In this document: piece after piece, positions 48,061 to 58,113 of the stretch
Position numbering within the stretch: the stretch's first letter is position 1
Layout of the letters: each line of letters begins with the position of its first letter
NCBI GenBank assembly: GCA_038897215.1
Contig: JAWAWX010000001.1
Coordinates: 448,001-512,000 of the forward strand
Source of the DNA: Acidilobaceae archaeon
Lineage (GTDB): Archaea; Thermoproteota; Thermoprotei_A; Sulfolobales; Acidilobaceae
Direction of reading: 5' to 3'
DNA length: 64,000 bases
Notes under the pieces: model-generated
Seen by the model: the letters and a program-made list of their open reading frames with translations, nothing else
Database searches by the model: none
Told to the model about the DNA's origin: nothing
Program-made: the position numbers and the translations under genes

Positions 48061-48223
48061 ACCCGACCACCTATCCTACCTCCCTCCTTCGTCTAACCCC
48101 TAAGGTGGGATTTATCCTCGGCGTTAAATTACTTTTGCTAAGTGGGGGGGATTTCGGTTAGCCAAGAGAGAGAGTATAGCATTAATATTGGCGACCCCAT
48201 CTCTGCTAGTGGAGGAGCAGAGT

Positions 48224-48700
48224 TTGGAGAAGCTAGCTGAGTACATAGAGTACCTTGTTTTAGCATTAGTCTCGCTCATCGGCGGCGCTGTAGGGGGAGC
48301 GTTGGTCGCGATTAGATTGAAGTCTAAACCTGTGAGGATAGAGCTATCTGGTCTCTCTGCTTTCGAGAAACGCTCGAGCAGGAAGAGGAGGTATATCGTG
48401 TTCGAAGCTACCACTACAGAGCATCTAGCTACAAGCGAGATAGCCGAGGCCTTGGAGAGCACTGCTAGACGACTGCTTGGAGACCTCGGGATCGCGAAGG
48501 GAGGGTTTAAGCTCATAGACTACGACCCGCGCTCGAGACGCGGGATTCTAAGAGTTAAGAGAGACTACAAGTGGCACGCTCTCGCAGTGCTCTCACTAGT
48601 TCGATCCATAAGCGGCAAGAGAGTCCTCCTGGTCCCCCTCTTCACCACGGGGACTCTTCGAGGAGCTAGGAGGAGAGCGGGCTTGGCTAGAAGCTCCTAG
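48224..48700 (+). CDS. RNase P protein Pop5/Rpp14 with N-terminal hydrophobic segment
   Basis: RKRRYIVFE, LLGDLG, GILRV, TTGTLR; TTG 48224 after a GGAGG RBS. Confidence 0.88.
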   Translation: MEKLAEYIEYLVLALVSLIGGAVGGALVAIRLKSKPVRIELSGLSAFEKRSSRKRRYIVFEATTTEHLATSEIAEALESTARRLLGDLGIAKGGFKLIDYDPRSRRGILRVKRDYKWHALAVLSLVRSISGKRVLLVPLFTTGTLRGARRRAGLARSS

Positions 48701-49926
48701 GCTCTCCTGGCTCTAGCCGCGACTATCTTCACCACGTCTCCGTCTCTCAGCTTGTAGTCCTCGCCCACCTTCTGCTTGGTCTTAGCGTTCACAGCGTAGA
48801 GGAAGGAGTCTCCTAGCTCTGAGTGAATGCGGTAAGCTAGCTCTCTAGCCGTAGTCCCCTCGGGGACTAGGAGCACGTCGGGCAGGACTCTACCCTCTCT
48901 ATCAGCGTACCTGACGGGGTCCTCGACGGGGTAGACTGCTATCATGCGTAGCTTGTCGAAGACGAGAGCGTTTATAGCGTCCTGGACGCCCGTCGAGCCC
49001 CACTTCTTCAGCACGTTCTCGCGAATCACCTCGAGCACCTTGAAGCTCTTAGAGTCGAGCGAGCCCGTGACCTCGAAGCCGGGGTCTCCCGGTATGTATT
49101 TCACCAAGTTCTTGCTAGCCGCTTTCCTCAATATCAGCTCAGCTATGGCGCTAGTGGGGATCACGGGTATATCTCTGAAGGCTTCTCTGAGTCTCTTTAT
49201 GTTGTCCTCTGCCTCGGGGATGTCGGCTTTGTTGGCTACTATGACCATGGGCTTCGATACTCTCCTAAGCTCTGAGACGAACAATCTGAGGTCGCCGGAG
49301 CTCCAGCTCGATAGCTTCCTGCTAGCTAGTCCCGATGCTTCAAGCGCCTCGACTACATGCCTTTTAGTCACGCTTAGCCCCGAGAGTCTCTGCGCTAGAG
49401 AGCCCGCTACGTCTGCTGCTCCAGAGGTGTCAACGTATCTGGCTAGCTTATCCCAGTCTCTCGAGACTATGCCGAACATCCACTCCTCGAACTCTCTGAT
49501 CATCGCTCGCGCTTCCTCAACTGGGTCGTATGCTCCCGGCCCCGAGAACCTCCCCTCCTCGTCCGTGAAGCCACTAGCGTCCACGACGAGTAGAAGCCCG
49601 TCCGCTCTCCTCACGTGGTCTAAGAACATGTTGCCCAACCCTCTACCCTTATGAGCTCCCGGAACTAGCCCTGCTACATCGATGATCTTGACTGGGATCA
49701 TCCTCCAGCCTCCTACGCAGACGCTGTTGAGCGCGTTGCAGGAAGAGAGTCCGAGCTCTACGTGAGCACACCTCTTCTTAGCATACGTTACTCCACTATT
49801 GGGCTCTATTGTGACGAAGGGTCTGTTATCTATAGGGACATCTATGAGGGTCGCTGCAGAGAAGAAGGTAGACTTCCCGACATTAGTCTTGCCCACTATC
49901 CCCAGCAGTATATTGGAGGCCTCCAA
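48697..49926 (-). CDS. ychF: YchF/Obg-like GTPase with TGS domain
   Basis: GKTNVGKSTFF, PFVTIEPN, DVAGLVPGAHKGRGLGN.FL, NKAD. Confidence 0.95.
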   Translation of the reverse strand: MEASNILLGIVGKTNVGKSTFFSAATLIDVPIDNRPFVTIEPNSGVTYAKKRCAHVELGLSSCNALNSVCVGGWRMIPVKIIDVAGLVPGAHKGRGLGNMFLDHVRRADGLLLVVDASGFTDEEGRFSGPGAYDPVEEARAMIREFEEWMFGIVSRDWDKLARYVDTSGAADVAGSLAQRLSGLSVTKRHVVEALEASGLASRKLSSWSSGDLRLFVSELRRVSKPMVIVANKADIPEAEDNIKRLREAFRDIPVIPTSAIAELILRKAASKNLVKYIPGDPGFEVTGSLDSKSFKVLEVIRENVLKKWGSTGVQDAINALVFDKLRMIAVYPVEDPVRYADREGRVLPDVLLVPEGTTARELAYRIHSELGDSFLYAVNAKTKQKVGEDYKLRDGDVVKIVAARARRA

Positions 49927-50078
49927 GGGAGCTCTCTCCGAGCAGAGTCTACGCGATCCCGGTATATATCCACCTGAGAGACAGCCTAGCGCTCTTCGCG
50001 AGACGAGAATACATCGCTCGAGCCCCTAGAGATATATATAACGCCGAGGTGTGTTAGCGTCTTGAGAGGTGAGTTCCA

Positions 50079-50390
50079 ACGTTTAGAGCTGTTATCAGAG
50101 CATATGCTCCGCAAGCCGAGACGTTACTTGAGGGGCTTAGAGCCTTGAAGGACAGTATGGCGGAGCTCTGCGATATTGTTGATAGGCCTGGATGGATTCT
50201 GATGGGTTGCGAGGACTCTCTAGTAAAGGCTGTCATAGAGATGAGGACTAGAGAAGCGCCTAGACTAGTCCCCGAGGCGTTCCTAATAGTCGTGGTAGAG
50301 AGTGAGAGTTCAAAAGCTCTAGTCGATAAGGCTAGGAGAGTCGTCTCCACGCTAGGGCAGAGCGGGCTAGCCGCTGTTCTAGAAGTCTAA
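50079..50390 (+). CDS. hypothetical protein (about 103 aa)
   Basis: ORF track starts at 50145; frame is open to an ACG at 50079 lying 6 nt after GAGGTGA, TATA at 50031-40. Confidence 0.6.
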   Translation, partial: TFRAVIRAYAPQAETLLEGLRALKDSMAELCDIVDRPGWILMGCEDSLVKAVIEMRTREAPRLVPEAFLIVVVESESSKALVDKARRVVSTLGQSGLAAVLEV

Positions 50391-50469
50391 GCATGAAGCC
50401 TAGACAATTCGAAACGCATCTATTTAACTAGCACTGAGGCTGGGATCACATACTACTAGGCGGTTCTCC

Positions 50470-51366
50470 GTGGATAGTGGGCTTCCGAAGACTGTAATGC
50501 ACATATTTGAATCTACGAAACCGAAGCAGACCTTCCTGCTACTTTTAACTATGCTTGGAGCTTATGCTACTGGCTACGTATACTTAGGATCCTCTAATTT
50601 CTCTCCGAGCTTTCTCATAGCCCTTCTGCTAATGGGCTACCTAGCTGTAGGAGGTACCACGTTACTCAACATGTACTTCGATGTAGACATAGATAGTGTG
50701 ATGGAGAGAACTAAAGGTAGACCTCTACCCTCCAAGAAGCTCGATAAGAGAGTTGCGCTAGCTTGCGGGACGCTAATGGTTATCACATCTCTAGCGATCG
50801 CTTGGGATATAAATGTGTACGTATTCGCCGCTGTACTTGCTGGCTTCGCTTTCGACATCTTCGGCTACACTCTCCTGATGAAGAGGAGGTCTCCTCTCAG
50901 CATATTCGTGGGAGCTGTAGCAGGGTCTATGCCCGCTCTCGGAGGCTGGGCGGCCGCCACGGGTTCTCTCGAAGCTCCCGCTTTCTTGCTAGCGTCTCTA
51001 GTGTTTTTATGGCAGCCTCTTCACGTCTGGTTCCTCTCGTTCTTCTATAGCGAAGACTATAGGAGAGCCAGAGTCCCCACTCTTCCTCTCGTAGTTGAGC
51101 CTCAGGTGTTCGGACTCATCGTCATAGTATTCCTGGTAGCCTTTGTAGCGGCTACTGGTCTCTTCGTTGCTCTCACAGGCTATGGGATCGTAGCGTTCAT
51201 CGTATGCCTTCTAGGCTCTCTAAGAGCTTCTCTCATGGTGTTAAAGTTCATCAATGAGCCTGAGAAAAGTCTGGCTTGGAGGATCTTCAAGTTCGCTACG
51301 CCACTCCTAGCCTCGGTCTTCTTGCTGATACCCTTCGAGGCGATAGCTAGAACCCTAGTCCTCTAG
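50470..51366 (+). CDS. cyoE: protoheme IX farnesyltransferase (heme O synthase)
   Basis: TKPK, NMYFDVDIDSVMERTKGRPLP, YTLLMKRR, GSMPALGGW, WQPLH, DYRRARVP. Confidence 0.95.
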   Translation: MDSGLPKTVMHIFESTKPKQTFLLLLTMLGAYATGYVYLGSSNFSPSFLIALLLMGYLAVGGTTLLNMYFDVDIDSVMERTKGRPLPSKKLDKRVALACGTLMVITSLAIAWDINVYVFAAVLAGFAFDIFGYTLLMKRRSPLSIFVGAVAGSMPALGGWAAATGSLEAPAFLLASLVFLWQPLHVWFLSFFYSEDYRRARVPTLPLVVEPQVFGLIVIVFLVAFVAATGLFVALTGYGIVAFIVCLLGSLRASLMVLKFINEPEKSLAWRIFKFATPLLASVFLLIPFEAIARTLVL

Positions 51367-52437
51367 GAGACTGCTCTCCGAGACTCCGAGTTTCTCCAGG
51401 TCTTTGGCTCTAGAGGGTAGGCTTAGCCTAGTGAGAGACCTGCCCTCTCTAGCTACAGCTCTTCTCTCTGCTAGTGTGAACATGTAGCCTGGTCTCCTAA
51501 GCCAGACTGCTTCGAGTAGCTTTAATCTAGTAGCGGCTACCGCCTCCTCGCGAGTCTTAGCCGACCTGATTGCATCAAGTATGTTTACTCTTCTACCACT
51601 CCAGTTGATACAAGGGCTTACGTAGCCGTGAGGGTCTACTCTCACTCTATCGCAACCCGCGCAGAAGACGGGGTTGGAGGGTGATGAGACGATCTCTACT
51701 GTGACTCCGTTGGGGAGTCTGTAAACTGGTCTGTAGTGTAAGTCTCTTAGCTCTCTCTCCGCTCCTCTCTTCAGTAACTCCTCTTCGATAACGCTGAGCT
51801 TGAAAGCGAACTTGTCGAGACTAGAGCCTCTCCCCACAGGGATCAACTCTATGAGTTGGAGGGTAGCCCCTAGCTTGCTCGCGAGTTCTGCTATACTCCA
51901 GACCTCTGTCTCGTTGATGCCCCTCAAGACTAGAGTGTTGATCTTGACTTTTAGACCCATATCTACAGCTACTCTCAACCCCTCTAGGACTCTATCGAGC
52001 CCATCGACTCCCGTTATCTTCCTGTAGACCTCTCTTCTCAGACTGTGGAGAGACACGTTGACTCTCTTCAAACCCGCTGAAGCCAGAGAGGGCGCTAGGC
52101 TAGCTAGGTAGAACCCGTTGGTTGTCATGGAGATATCGAGAGACCTATCGGGAGAAGAGACAGCTGAAACCACTTCTACTATATCGCTTCTAGCTAGAGG
52201 CTCTCCTCCGGTTATCTTGAATCCTCTAACTCCGAGAGATACCGCTGCCTCGGCTAGAATCTCGTAGTCTAGAGGGGTCATTGAGGGAGGGTCTTCTCCA
52301 ATTCTGAATGGTCTTCCAGCAGGGCTCCCCTCCATGTGGCAGAAGAAGCAGTTGTAGTTGCACTCGTTGGTGACCAGGAGTCGTATGCTTCTAAAAGGTC
52401 TCCCGTAAGCGTCAGTAATAAACATCTGTAGCGCCAC
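51355..52437 (-). CDS. moaA: GTP 3',8-cyclase (molybdenum cofactor biosynthesis)
   Basis: DAYGR, CNYNCFFCHMEG, TGGEPL, second cluster FCAGCDRVR..PC. Confidence 0.94.
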   Translation of the reverse strand: MALQMFITDAYGRPFRSIRLLVTNECNYNCFFCHMEGSPAGRPFRIGEDPPSMTPLDYEILAEAAVSLGVRGFKITGGEPLARSDIVEVVSAVSSPDRSLDISMTTNGFYLASLAPSLASAGLKRVNVSLHSLRREVYRKITGVDGLDRVLEGLRVAVDMGLKVKINTLVLRGINETEVWSIAELASKLGATLQLIELIPVGRGSSLDKFAFKLSVIEEELLKRGAERELRDLHYRPVYRLPNGVTVEIVSSPSNPVFCAGCDRVRVDPHGYVSPCINWSGRRVNILDAIRSAKTREEAVAATRLKLLEAVWLRRPGYMFTLAERRAVAREGRSLTRLSLPSRAKDLEKLGVSESSLLED

Positions 52438-53028
52438 CTCTAAGAGCGTGTGCCGACTAGGCAGTATTTGAGCGAAGCCGAATAAGTATGCTGTCTAAAC
52501 ATAGTCCATATACTCTATCATAAGGCGTTCAGTGTCAGAGCCGAGCAGAAAAGAGTAGGGGAGACTCTCCCGTAATTTGAACCCTCCAAGAACACCTCTT
52601 GAGCTTTCTACTCTTTTTATCAAATCAGGAGTCTGAAGACATGGGTCTAGCGGCTACCCTACTTTCCCAGAGGTTTAGCGAGCCAGAGTAGCCCCTGGTA
52701 AAGGAGCGGAGGGTTGAAGGCTGTCAAGTTACTCCACCTATGATGATCGTTGAAGTTTTGCTTCTCAACGCGTCTTAGCCTCCTCCGCAGTCTCCACGAG
52801 TTCTCAGAAAGCAAGCTTTTCTCCAACTTCTTCAAGTCTAAACATAATTACCTTTAAGTAGCACTCTCCACATTGTTCGGAGAAGTGAGCGTCACGTGCT
52901 CTAGAGCAATGAAGATATAAAAAGCTGTGAGGACTCGATGGGTATAGTCAAGTTGGCGACCTCGGTCTCTCTGAGATTCATGTTAGCTTGTGTAAGACAA
53001 TGAGTGCTCAGAAGGAGGAACATGATAT

Positions 53029-54375
53029 TTATTTCTCTAAGCAGAGCTCTGCTAGCGCCTCTTGGCCCTCTGGCTGTTGCAAGGTCTGTACGACTCCTCT
53101 AATCCTGGCTATCGACTTCCTTTCTGGGAGCCCTACGTGACCGTCTTCTAGTACCACGAATATGTCGGATAGCTGGGAGAGTAGCGCCAGCAGTGGCTCG
53201 CTCGGGCTTGTTGCGGCGACAAGCTCTACTAGCGCTATATGCGTGTTTCTCGCCTTGTTAGCATTCATGACGACGTATCGATAGAACTCCTCGCGCTCCT
53301 CCTTGGAGATCAGAGTGTTGACCAGGTCTATTCCAAATGTGACCGCCACGTCTGGCTTAAATTCCTCAAGGCTTTTGTGGAATTTCACTGCTAAGTCACT
53401 AAGACTTTCCCTAGTAGGGTCGCTGGATACTACTATCAGCTCTCCTCCATCTACATTAACGCGAGTAACCTCCATTGGCACCGTTGAGAAGAAAAGTACT
53501 CTCGCGGAGTTCACTGCAGCTATCTTTCTAGCTAGATTGATAGCACACCTCATAGAAAGCTGGAGCGAAGAAGTCGCTATCGTCGCTATCTCGCCAGACC
53601 TAATACCTCCTATTATCTTATCTAAAGTCTTCATAGAGAGCATGAATACCTTTTCCTCGCGCTGTCTGCTAGAATCTTCAAAGTACTCATAGGGATAGAC
53701 GACCTCTATACCGGAGCCTTTGACGAAAGTGAAGGGAGCTCCTGCGACTTCTATCGAGTGTCCTCTTAGCTTCTGTATCTCGAGTCTTCTGGAAGGAGTT
53801 CCTCTTATTATCGAGTATTTCAACGCTATGATAGCGTCTGCAACGAATTCTATGTCTCCAGTATTCTCTATGTACATTGTCGAGAGAGGGACTTCAACTG
53901 TTACTATTACGAGACCCTCTATGTCTTTAGCTAGGCCCGAGAAGAAGTTCTGTAAGAGAGCTCTCCTCTTCACGTCCACTAGAATCTTCATGAAGGAGGA
54001 GATGCTATCGACTACGACTATTTGGGGACGATACTTGAGAACCAGATTAGCTATGGTCTCGACAGCACTATCAACAGCCTCATCGCTACTAGGCATGGGA
54101 AGCTTGACGAACTTCAAGTGATCGCTCTCGATAGCTTCAGCTACGTCTAAACCTAGATTTCTACAATTATCACGTATCTTAAACTCATCCTCCTGCGTGC
54201 TCACGAAAAGACAACGGTGTCCTCTCTTAATGTTAGCTAGACACATCATAAGAGCTAGCGTAGTCTTCCCGGCTCCAGGATGTCCCGCTATAGCGATCAA
54301 CATTCCTGGTCTGAGAGCCTTCCCGTAAGCGTGATCAAGCCCCTTGACGCCGAAAACGAAAACCGATTCTGACAC
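53029..54375 (-). CDS. KaiC/RAD55-like RecA-family ATPase, two domains (second degenerate)
   Basis: GHPGAGKT, VVDSIS, EFVADAII, LEIQKLRG; second repeat LDKIIGGI lacks Walker A. Confidence 0.88.
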   Translation of the reverse strand: MSESVFVFGVKGLDHAYGKALRPGMLIAIAGHPGAGKTTLALMMCLANIKRGHRCLFVSTQEDEFKIRDNCRNLGLDVAEAIESDHLKFVKLPMPSSDEAVDSAVETIANLVLKYRPQIVVVDSISSFMKILVDVKRRALLQNFFSGLAKDIEGLVIVTVEVPLSTMYIENTGDIEFVADAIIALKYSIIRGTPSRRLEIQKLRGHSIEVAGAPFTFVKGSGIEVVYPYEYFEDSSRQREEKVFMLSMKTLDKIIGGIRSGEIATIATSSLQLSMRCAINLARKIAAVNSARVLFFSTVPMEVTRVNVDGGELIVVSSDPTRESLSDLAVKFHKSLEEFKPDVAVTFGIDLVNTLISKEEREEFYRYVVMNANKARNTHIALVELVAATSPSEPLLALLSQLSDIFVVLEDGHVGLPERKSIARIRGVVQTLQQPEGQEALAELCLEK

Positions 54376-54557
54376 TGTACCTCACACTATAAACTACTAC
54401 CGAACCTAGTACTGTTCCGTAATGCCTTTAAGCTTAACTCGGCTTCTTAAAAAGATTCTTCAGATTCTTCATTGACGAAAAACATAAGCAAGATTAGACT
54501 TAGAAGTCAGTAAAACCTATAGCGGGAACAGCAACAAAACTGAAAGAGGAAGGCGGC

Positions 54558-55637
54558 TTGGAGAGAAGACACATTGCTCTTGCAAGACTATGGAAGCCTC
54601 TCAGAGATAGAGAGGGGTGGGTTGAGTGCAACCTATGCTATAGGAGGTGCTTGATAGCGCCTGGCAGATTTGGGGTCTGCGGTGTCAGGAAGAATGAGGA
54701 AGGCTCTCTCTATACCTTAGTCTACGGGCTCTTAACCGCCGTTAACCTAGACCCGATCGAGAAGAAGCCGCTCCTACACTTCTACCCAGCTAGCTTAGTG
54801 TTAAGCATTGGAACCGTGGGCTGCAACTTTTTCTGCAGATTCTGCCAGAACTGGGAGATAAGCCAGAGTAGGCTGGAGAGCGGTCTATTCGGCTCTTTCT
54901 TCGAGCCAGAGGACTTGATCGAACTCGCTACCAGACACGGAGCCGATGGAGTCTCCTACACTTACAACGAGCCCACGATCTTCTTCGAATTCATGGAGGA
55001 CACGGCCAAGCTGGCTAAGAAGAGGGGTCTTTTCAACACCATGGTGACAAACGGGTACATGACGCCCGAAGCCGTGGACTCTCTAGGAGGCTTGATCGAC
55101 GCCGCTACGGTCGACTTCAAGGGAGGAGGCAACGCACTCTTCTACCGGGACCTGATGAGAGTAAGAGACCCTGAACTCATCTTCGAGACTCTAAGAGCTA
55201 TGAAGGAGAAGGGCTGGTGGGTAGAGGTCACTAATCTCGTCGTCCCTAGGTACGGGGATAGAGAGGAGGATGTCAGGAAGCTGGCTCGCTGGATAGCCGA
55301 GAACCTGGGAGACGAGACCCCCTTCCACCTCCTCAGATTCTACCCGCAGTATAAGCTGACAGACGTGCCCCCCACGCCTAGGCAGACTCTCGAGAAGCTA
55401 GCTGAAGTAGCTAGAAGCGAGTCGCTGAAGCACGTCTACCTAGGCAACGTGCCGGGGCACCCTCTAGAAAACACGTACTGCCCCGGTTGCGGCTTCAGAG
55501 TAGTCGGGAGATACGGCTTCTTCGTGACTGAGTACAGGCTGGGCCCCGGCAACACCTGCCCTAGGTGTGGTAGGAAAATAAACATAGTGGGCGAGTATAG
55601 GGGGAAGTCTTCGGGGTTCCCCATCCCTCTAATCTAG
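54558..55637 (+). CDS. AmmeMemoRadiSam system radical SAM enzyme (PflA-like)
   Basis: CNLCYRRC, DPIEKKPL.HF.P, GCNFFCRFCQNWEISQ, YTYNEP, NTYCPGC. Confidence 0.93.
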   Translation: MERRHIALARLWKPLRDREGWVECNLCYRRCLIAPGRFGVCGVRKNEEGSLYTLVYGLLTAVNLDPIEKKPLLHFYPASLVLSIGTVGCNFFCRFCQNWEISQSRLESGLFGSFFEPEDLIELATRHGADGVSYTYNEPTIFFEFMEDTAKLAKKRGLFNTMVTNGYMTPEAVDSLGGLIDAATVDFKGGGNALFYRDLMRVRDPELIFETLRAMKEKGWWVEVTNLVVPRYGDREEDVRKLARWIAENLGDETPFHLLRFYPQYKLTDVPPTPRQTLEKLAEVARSESLKHVYLGNVPGHPLENTYCPGCGFRVVGRYGFFVTEYRLGPGNTCPRCGRKINIVGEYRGKSSGFPIPLI

Positions 55638-56836
55638 GCCTGCGCTACAGCTCTCTCCACGTCGTGCTCCGTTACCCCCCATTTAGCGCTGATCCCCGAG
55701 ACGTCTAGGTAGCAGAGCGGGTCGTCACCCCACATGTCTCCCGTGTATGCGAGAGCTCTCCCCCTACTGCCTCCTCCGCAGACGAGCTTGAAGACGCAGC
55801 TAGAGCACTTGGGTCCTCTGAGGTTCAAGTGGACCTCCAGGAAGGGCTTCAGCAACTGGTTCTCGGGACTGAGGACCTCTGCTAGCTTCTGCCTCCTCAG
55901 GTCGCCGACATCCACCCACTCTATGAACTGGCACGGCTTAACTCTGCCGTCGGGGTAGACGCTTAGAGTCTTCCTACCACAGTCTCCCTGAGCTCCTATC
56001 ATGGATAGATATGATAGGAACTCCTCTCTGGTCTTCGATAGAGCGTCTGCTAGATGAATGCCCGCAAAGTTAGCTCTGACTACTAGGAGCTCTGGATCTC
56101 CCCCCGTCTCTTTCGAGACCTTTGCTAGATCCTCGACTAGCTCTCTGAGCTGGTCGTGAGAAGGCATGAGCCCCAGCTCTCCGCAAGCTCTCCCAGCAGC
56201 GTCTAGCACGTAGTAGGCTACTCTCTTCACTCCGAGTTCTCTCGAGAGCAGAGCTAGCTCTCTGGCCTCGCTCGCGTTCTCTCTAGTGATAGTCATCCTG
56301 AAGCCCGTGTTCAGCCCTGCTCTCATAGAGTTCCTGACGCCCTCGAGAGCTCTCTCGAATGCTCCAGCTACTCCTCTGAACTCGTCGTGCTTCTCCCTGA
56401 CCACGCTGTCGAGAGAGACGCCGACGTAGCTGAACTCGAGCTTAGCGAGCTTCTCGGCCACCCTCTCGGTCAAGAGGGTGCCGTTAGTGCTTAGAGCCAG
56501 CTTCACCCCATAGTCTCTGAGAGTCTCCGCTATAGCCCAGAAGTCCTCTCTGAGGAGCGGCTCTCCCCCGCTGAGGACTGCCATGGGGAGCCCTAGCTCG
56601 CCTATCTCGCGCGCTATCCTCAGAGCCTCCTCGGAGCCCAGCTCTCCCGGGAGCTTGTGAGGCTGGGCTGAGATATAGCAGTGAGCGCACCTCAGGTTGC
56701 ACTTGTAGGTGAGGTTCCAGAACACTATTGGTTTGTAGCGGCTCGTGAACCTAGAGGGGGAGCCTCTCCCGTACCTGCCCTTGATGCTGAAGGATACAGT
56801 GCCTCTGCCTGTGACCATTACGCTGACCGGTATCAA
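55634..56836 (-). CDS. radical SAM/SPASM protein, AhbC/NirJ1-like (Fe-coproporphyrin synthase)
   Basis: WNLTYKCNLRCAHCY, SGGEPL, SPASM cysteines, DDPLCY; heme cluster context. Confidence 0.8.
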   Translation of the reverse strand: MIPVSVMVTGRGTVSFSIKGRYGRGSPSRFTSRYKPIVFWNLTYKCNLRCAHCYISAQPHKLPGELGSEEALRIAREIGELGLPMAVLSGGEPLLREDFWAIAETLRDYGVKLALSTNGTLLTERVAEKLAKLEFSYVGVSLDSVVREKHDEFRGVAGAFERALEGVRNSMRAGLNTGFRMTITRENASEARELALLSRELGVKRVAYYVLDAAGRACGELGLMPSHDQLRELVEDLAKVSKETGGDPELLVVRANFAGIHLADALSKTREEFLSYLSMIGAQGDCGRKTLSVYPDGRVKPCQFIEWVDVGDLRRQKLAEVLSPENQLLKPFLEVHLNLRGPKCSSCVFKLVCGGGSRGRALAYTGDMWGDDPLCYLDVSGISAKWGVTEHDVERAVAQA

Positions 56837-58005
56837 AACTGTGGCACCTCTACCTCGAGGCCGAGCTCTCTATAGCTGTTCGGAGTGTACGGGCAAGCTG
56901 GGTCCTCCCCGTAGGGGTCTCCCGTCGCGCTGAAAGCTCTGGCTCTGCTGCCACCGCAGATACTCCTAAACTCGCACTCGCCACACTTTCCTTTGAAGAG
57001 AGCTCTCCTCAGGTTCTTGAAGAGTTCCGACTCCAGGTATGCTCGCTTTAATCCCTCTCTTCTAACGTTCCCGCCCGCTACTGGGAGGAAGCCGCTCGGG
57101 TATACGTCTCCGTTGTACGCTACGAATACTATCCCCTTGCCGTCTCTTGTTCCCGTGGTTTCAGCCCTCGTCTCAGCCTTGGGGGCTCCTGCTAGAGTCT
57201 TGAGTGATTCTGAGAGGCTTCTGTAGAGGCTACCTAGCTTGAAAACCTCGACGTGGTCTAGCCCCTCTCTCTCAGCAGCAAGCCTAGCTAGAGCCACGCG
57301 TCTAAACATCGGGCCCTCGACTGTTCTCACGGTCAGACCGTAGCGGGACGCGTCGTAGAGGAAGTGGGAGACCTCCTCCCACTCCCAGGGCTCCAGGTCT
57401 AGGCTTGAGGCTCCTCTCCCGATTCTCACGAAGTAGAAAACCTCCCAGGCGCTCGCCTCGAGCTTCTCCAGGAGCGGGACTAGCTTGGGGAGCTCTCTGA
57501 GAGTGGGCCTCATCACCGTGGTGTTTATCTGAACCTTGATCCCGTAGTCTCTGAAGAGCCTGACAGCCTCGAGAGTCCTAGCCCACGTGCCCGGCACTCC
57601 TCTCACTGAATCGTGGACCTCGGGAGAGGCCCCGTCGAGGCTGAGGGAGACAGCTTGAATCCCCGACTCCGAGGCCTTCTTTATAGCGTCCTCGCTCAAG
57701 AGAGGCGTCACGCTCGGAGCTAGAGAGACTCTCAGACCCTTCTCTCTAGCGTAAGCCGCTATACTCCAGAGGTCTTGCCTCATCAGAGGGTCTCCGCCCG
57801 TGAGGACCAGGATCGGGTACGGGGGGTGGAATGACACCACCTCGTCTACGAGCCTAAGCCCCTCGCTCGTAGAGAGTTCTCCCGGCAGAGGCTTATCTAT
57901 AGCCTCTGCGCGGCAGTGCTTGCAGGAGAGCAGACAAGCCTTAGTGGTCTCCCAGAAGACTAGCAGAGGCTTCTCGTCGAAGGGCCACTTAGAGTAACGA
58001 ACCAA
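56833..58005 (-). CDS. radical SAM/SPASM protein, AhbD/NirJ2-like (heme synthase candidate)
   Basis: FWETTKACLLSCKHCRA, TGGDP, GKCGECEFRSICGGSRARA, EDPACPY. Confidence 0.8.
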   Translation of the reverse strand: MVRYSKWPFDEKPLLVFWETTKACLLSCKHCRAEAIDKPLPGELSTSEGLRLVDEVVSFHPPYPILVLTGGDPLMRQDLWSIAAYAREKGLRVSLAPSVTPLLSEDAIKKASESGIQAVSLSLDGASPEVHDSVRGVPGTWARTLEAVRLFRDYGIKVQINTTVMRPTLRELPKLVPLLEKLEASAWEVFYFVRIGRGASSLDLEPWEWEEVSHFLYDASRYGLTVRTVEGPMFRRVALARLAAEREGLDHVEVFKLGSLYRSLSESLKTLAGAPKAETRAETTGTRDGKGIVFVAYNGDVYPSGFLPVAGGNVRREGLKRAYLESELFKNLRRALFKGKCGECEFRSICGGSRARAFSATGDPYGEDPACPYTPNSYRELGLEVEVPQF

Positions 58006-58113
58006 GCCCGCTCACTCACTGTCATTCAATAAAATCTCAATGCTTATTAATACCGATTCAGAACCTCTAATATTAGCTCTACTCGAGAGAGAATTCTCTG
58101 GTGTAGCATCGTA

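Noticed and set aside
52720-52846. TGA read-through (selenocysteine or recoding) in a short minus-strand frame
   Set aside because: Too short, no recognisable protein or SECIS, and TGA is a normal stop elsewhere in the window.
58067-58076. CTAATATTAG palindrome between divergent ahb genes as an operator
   Set aside because: Similar TAATATTA words occur at other divergent spacers (about 38674, about 48181) and are adequately explained as bidirectional TATA elements.
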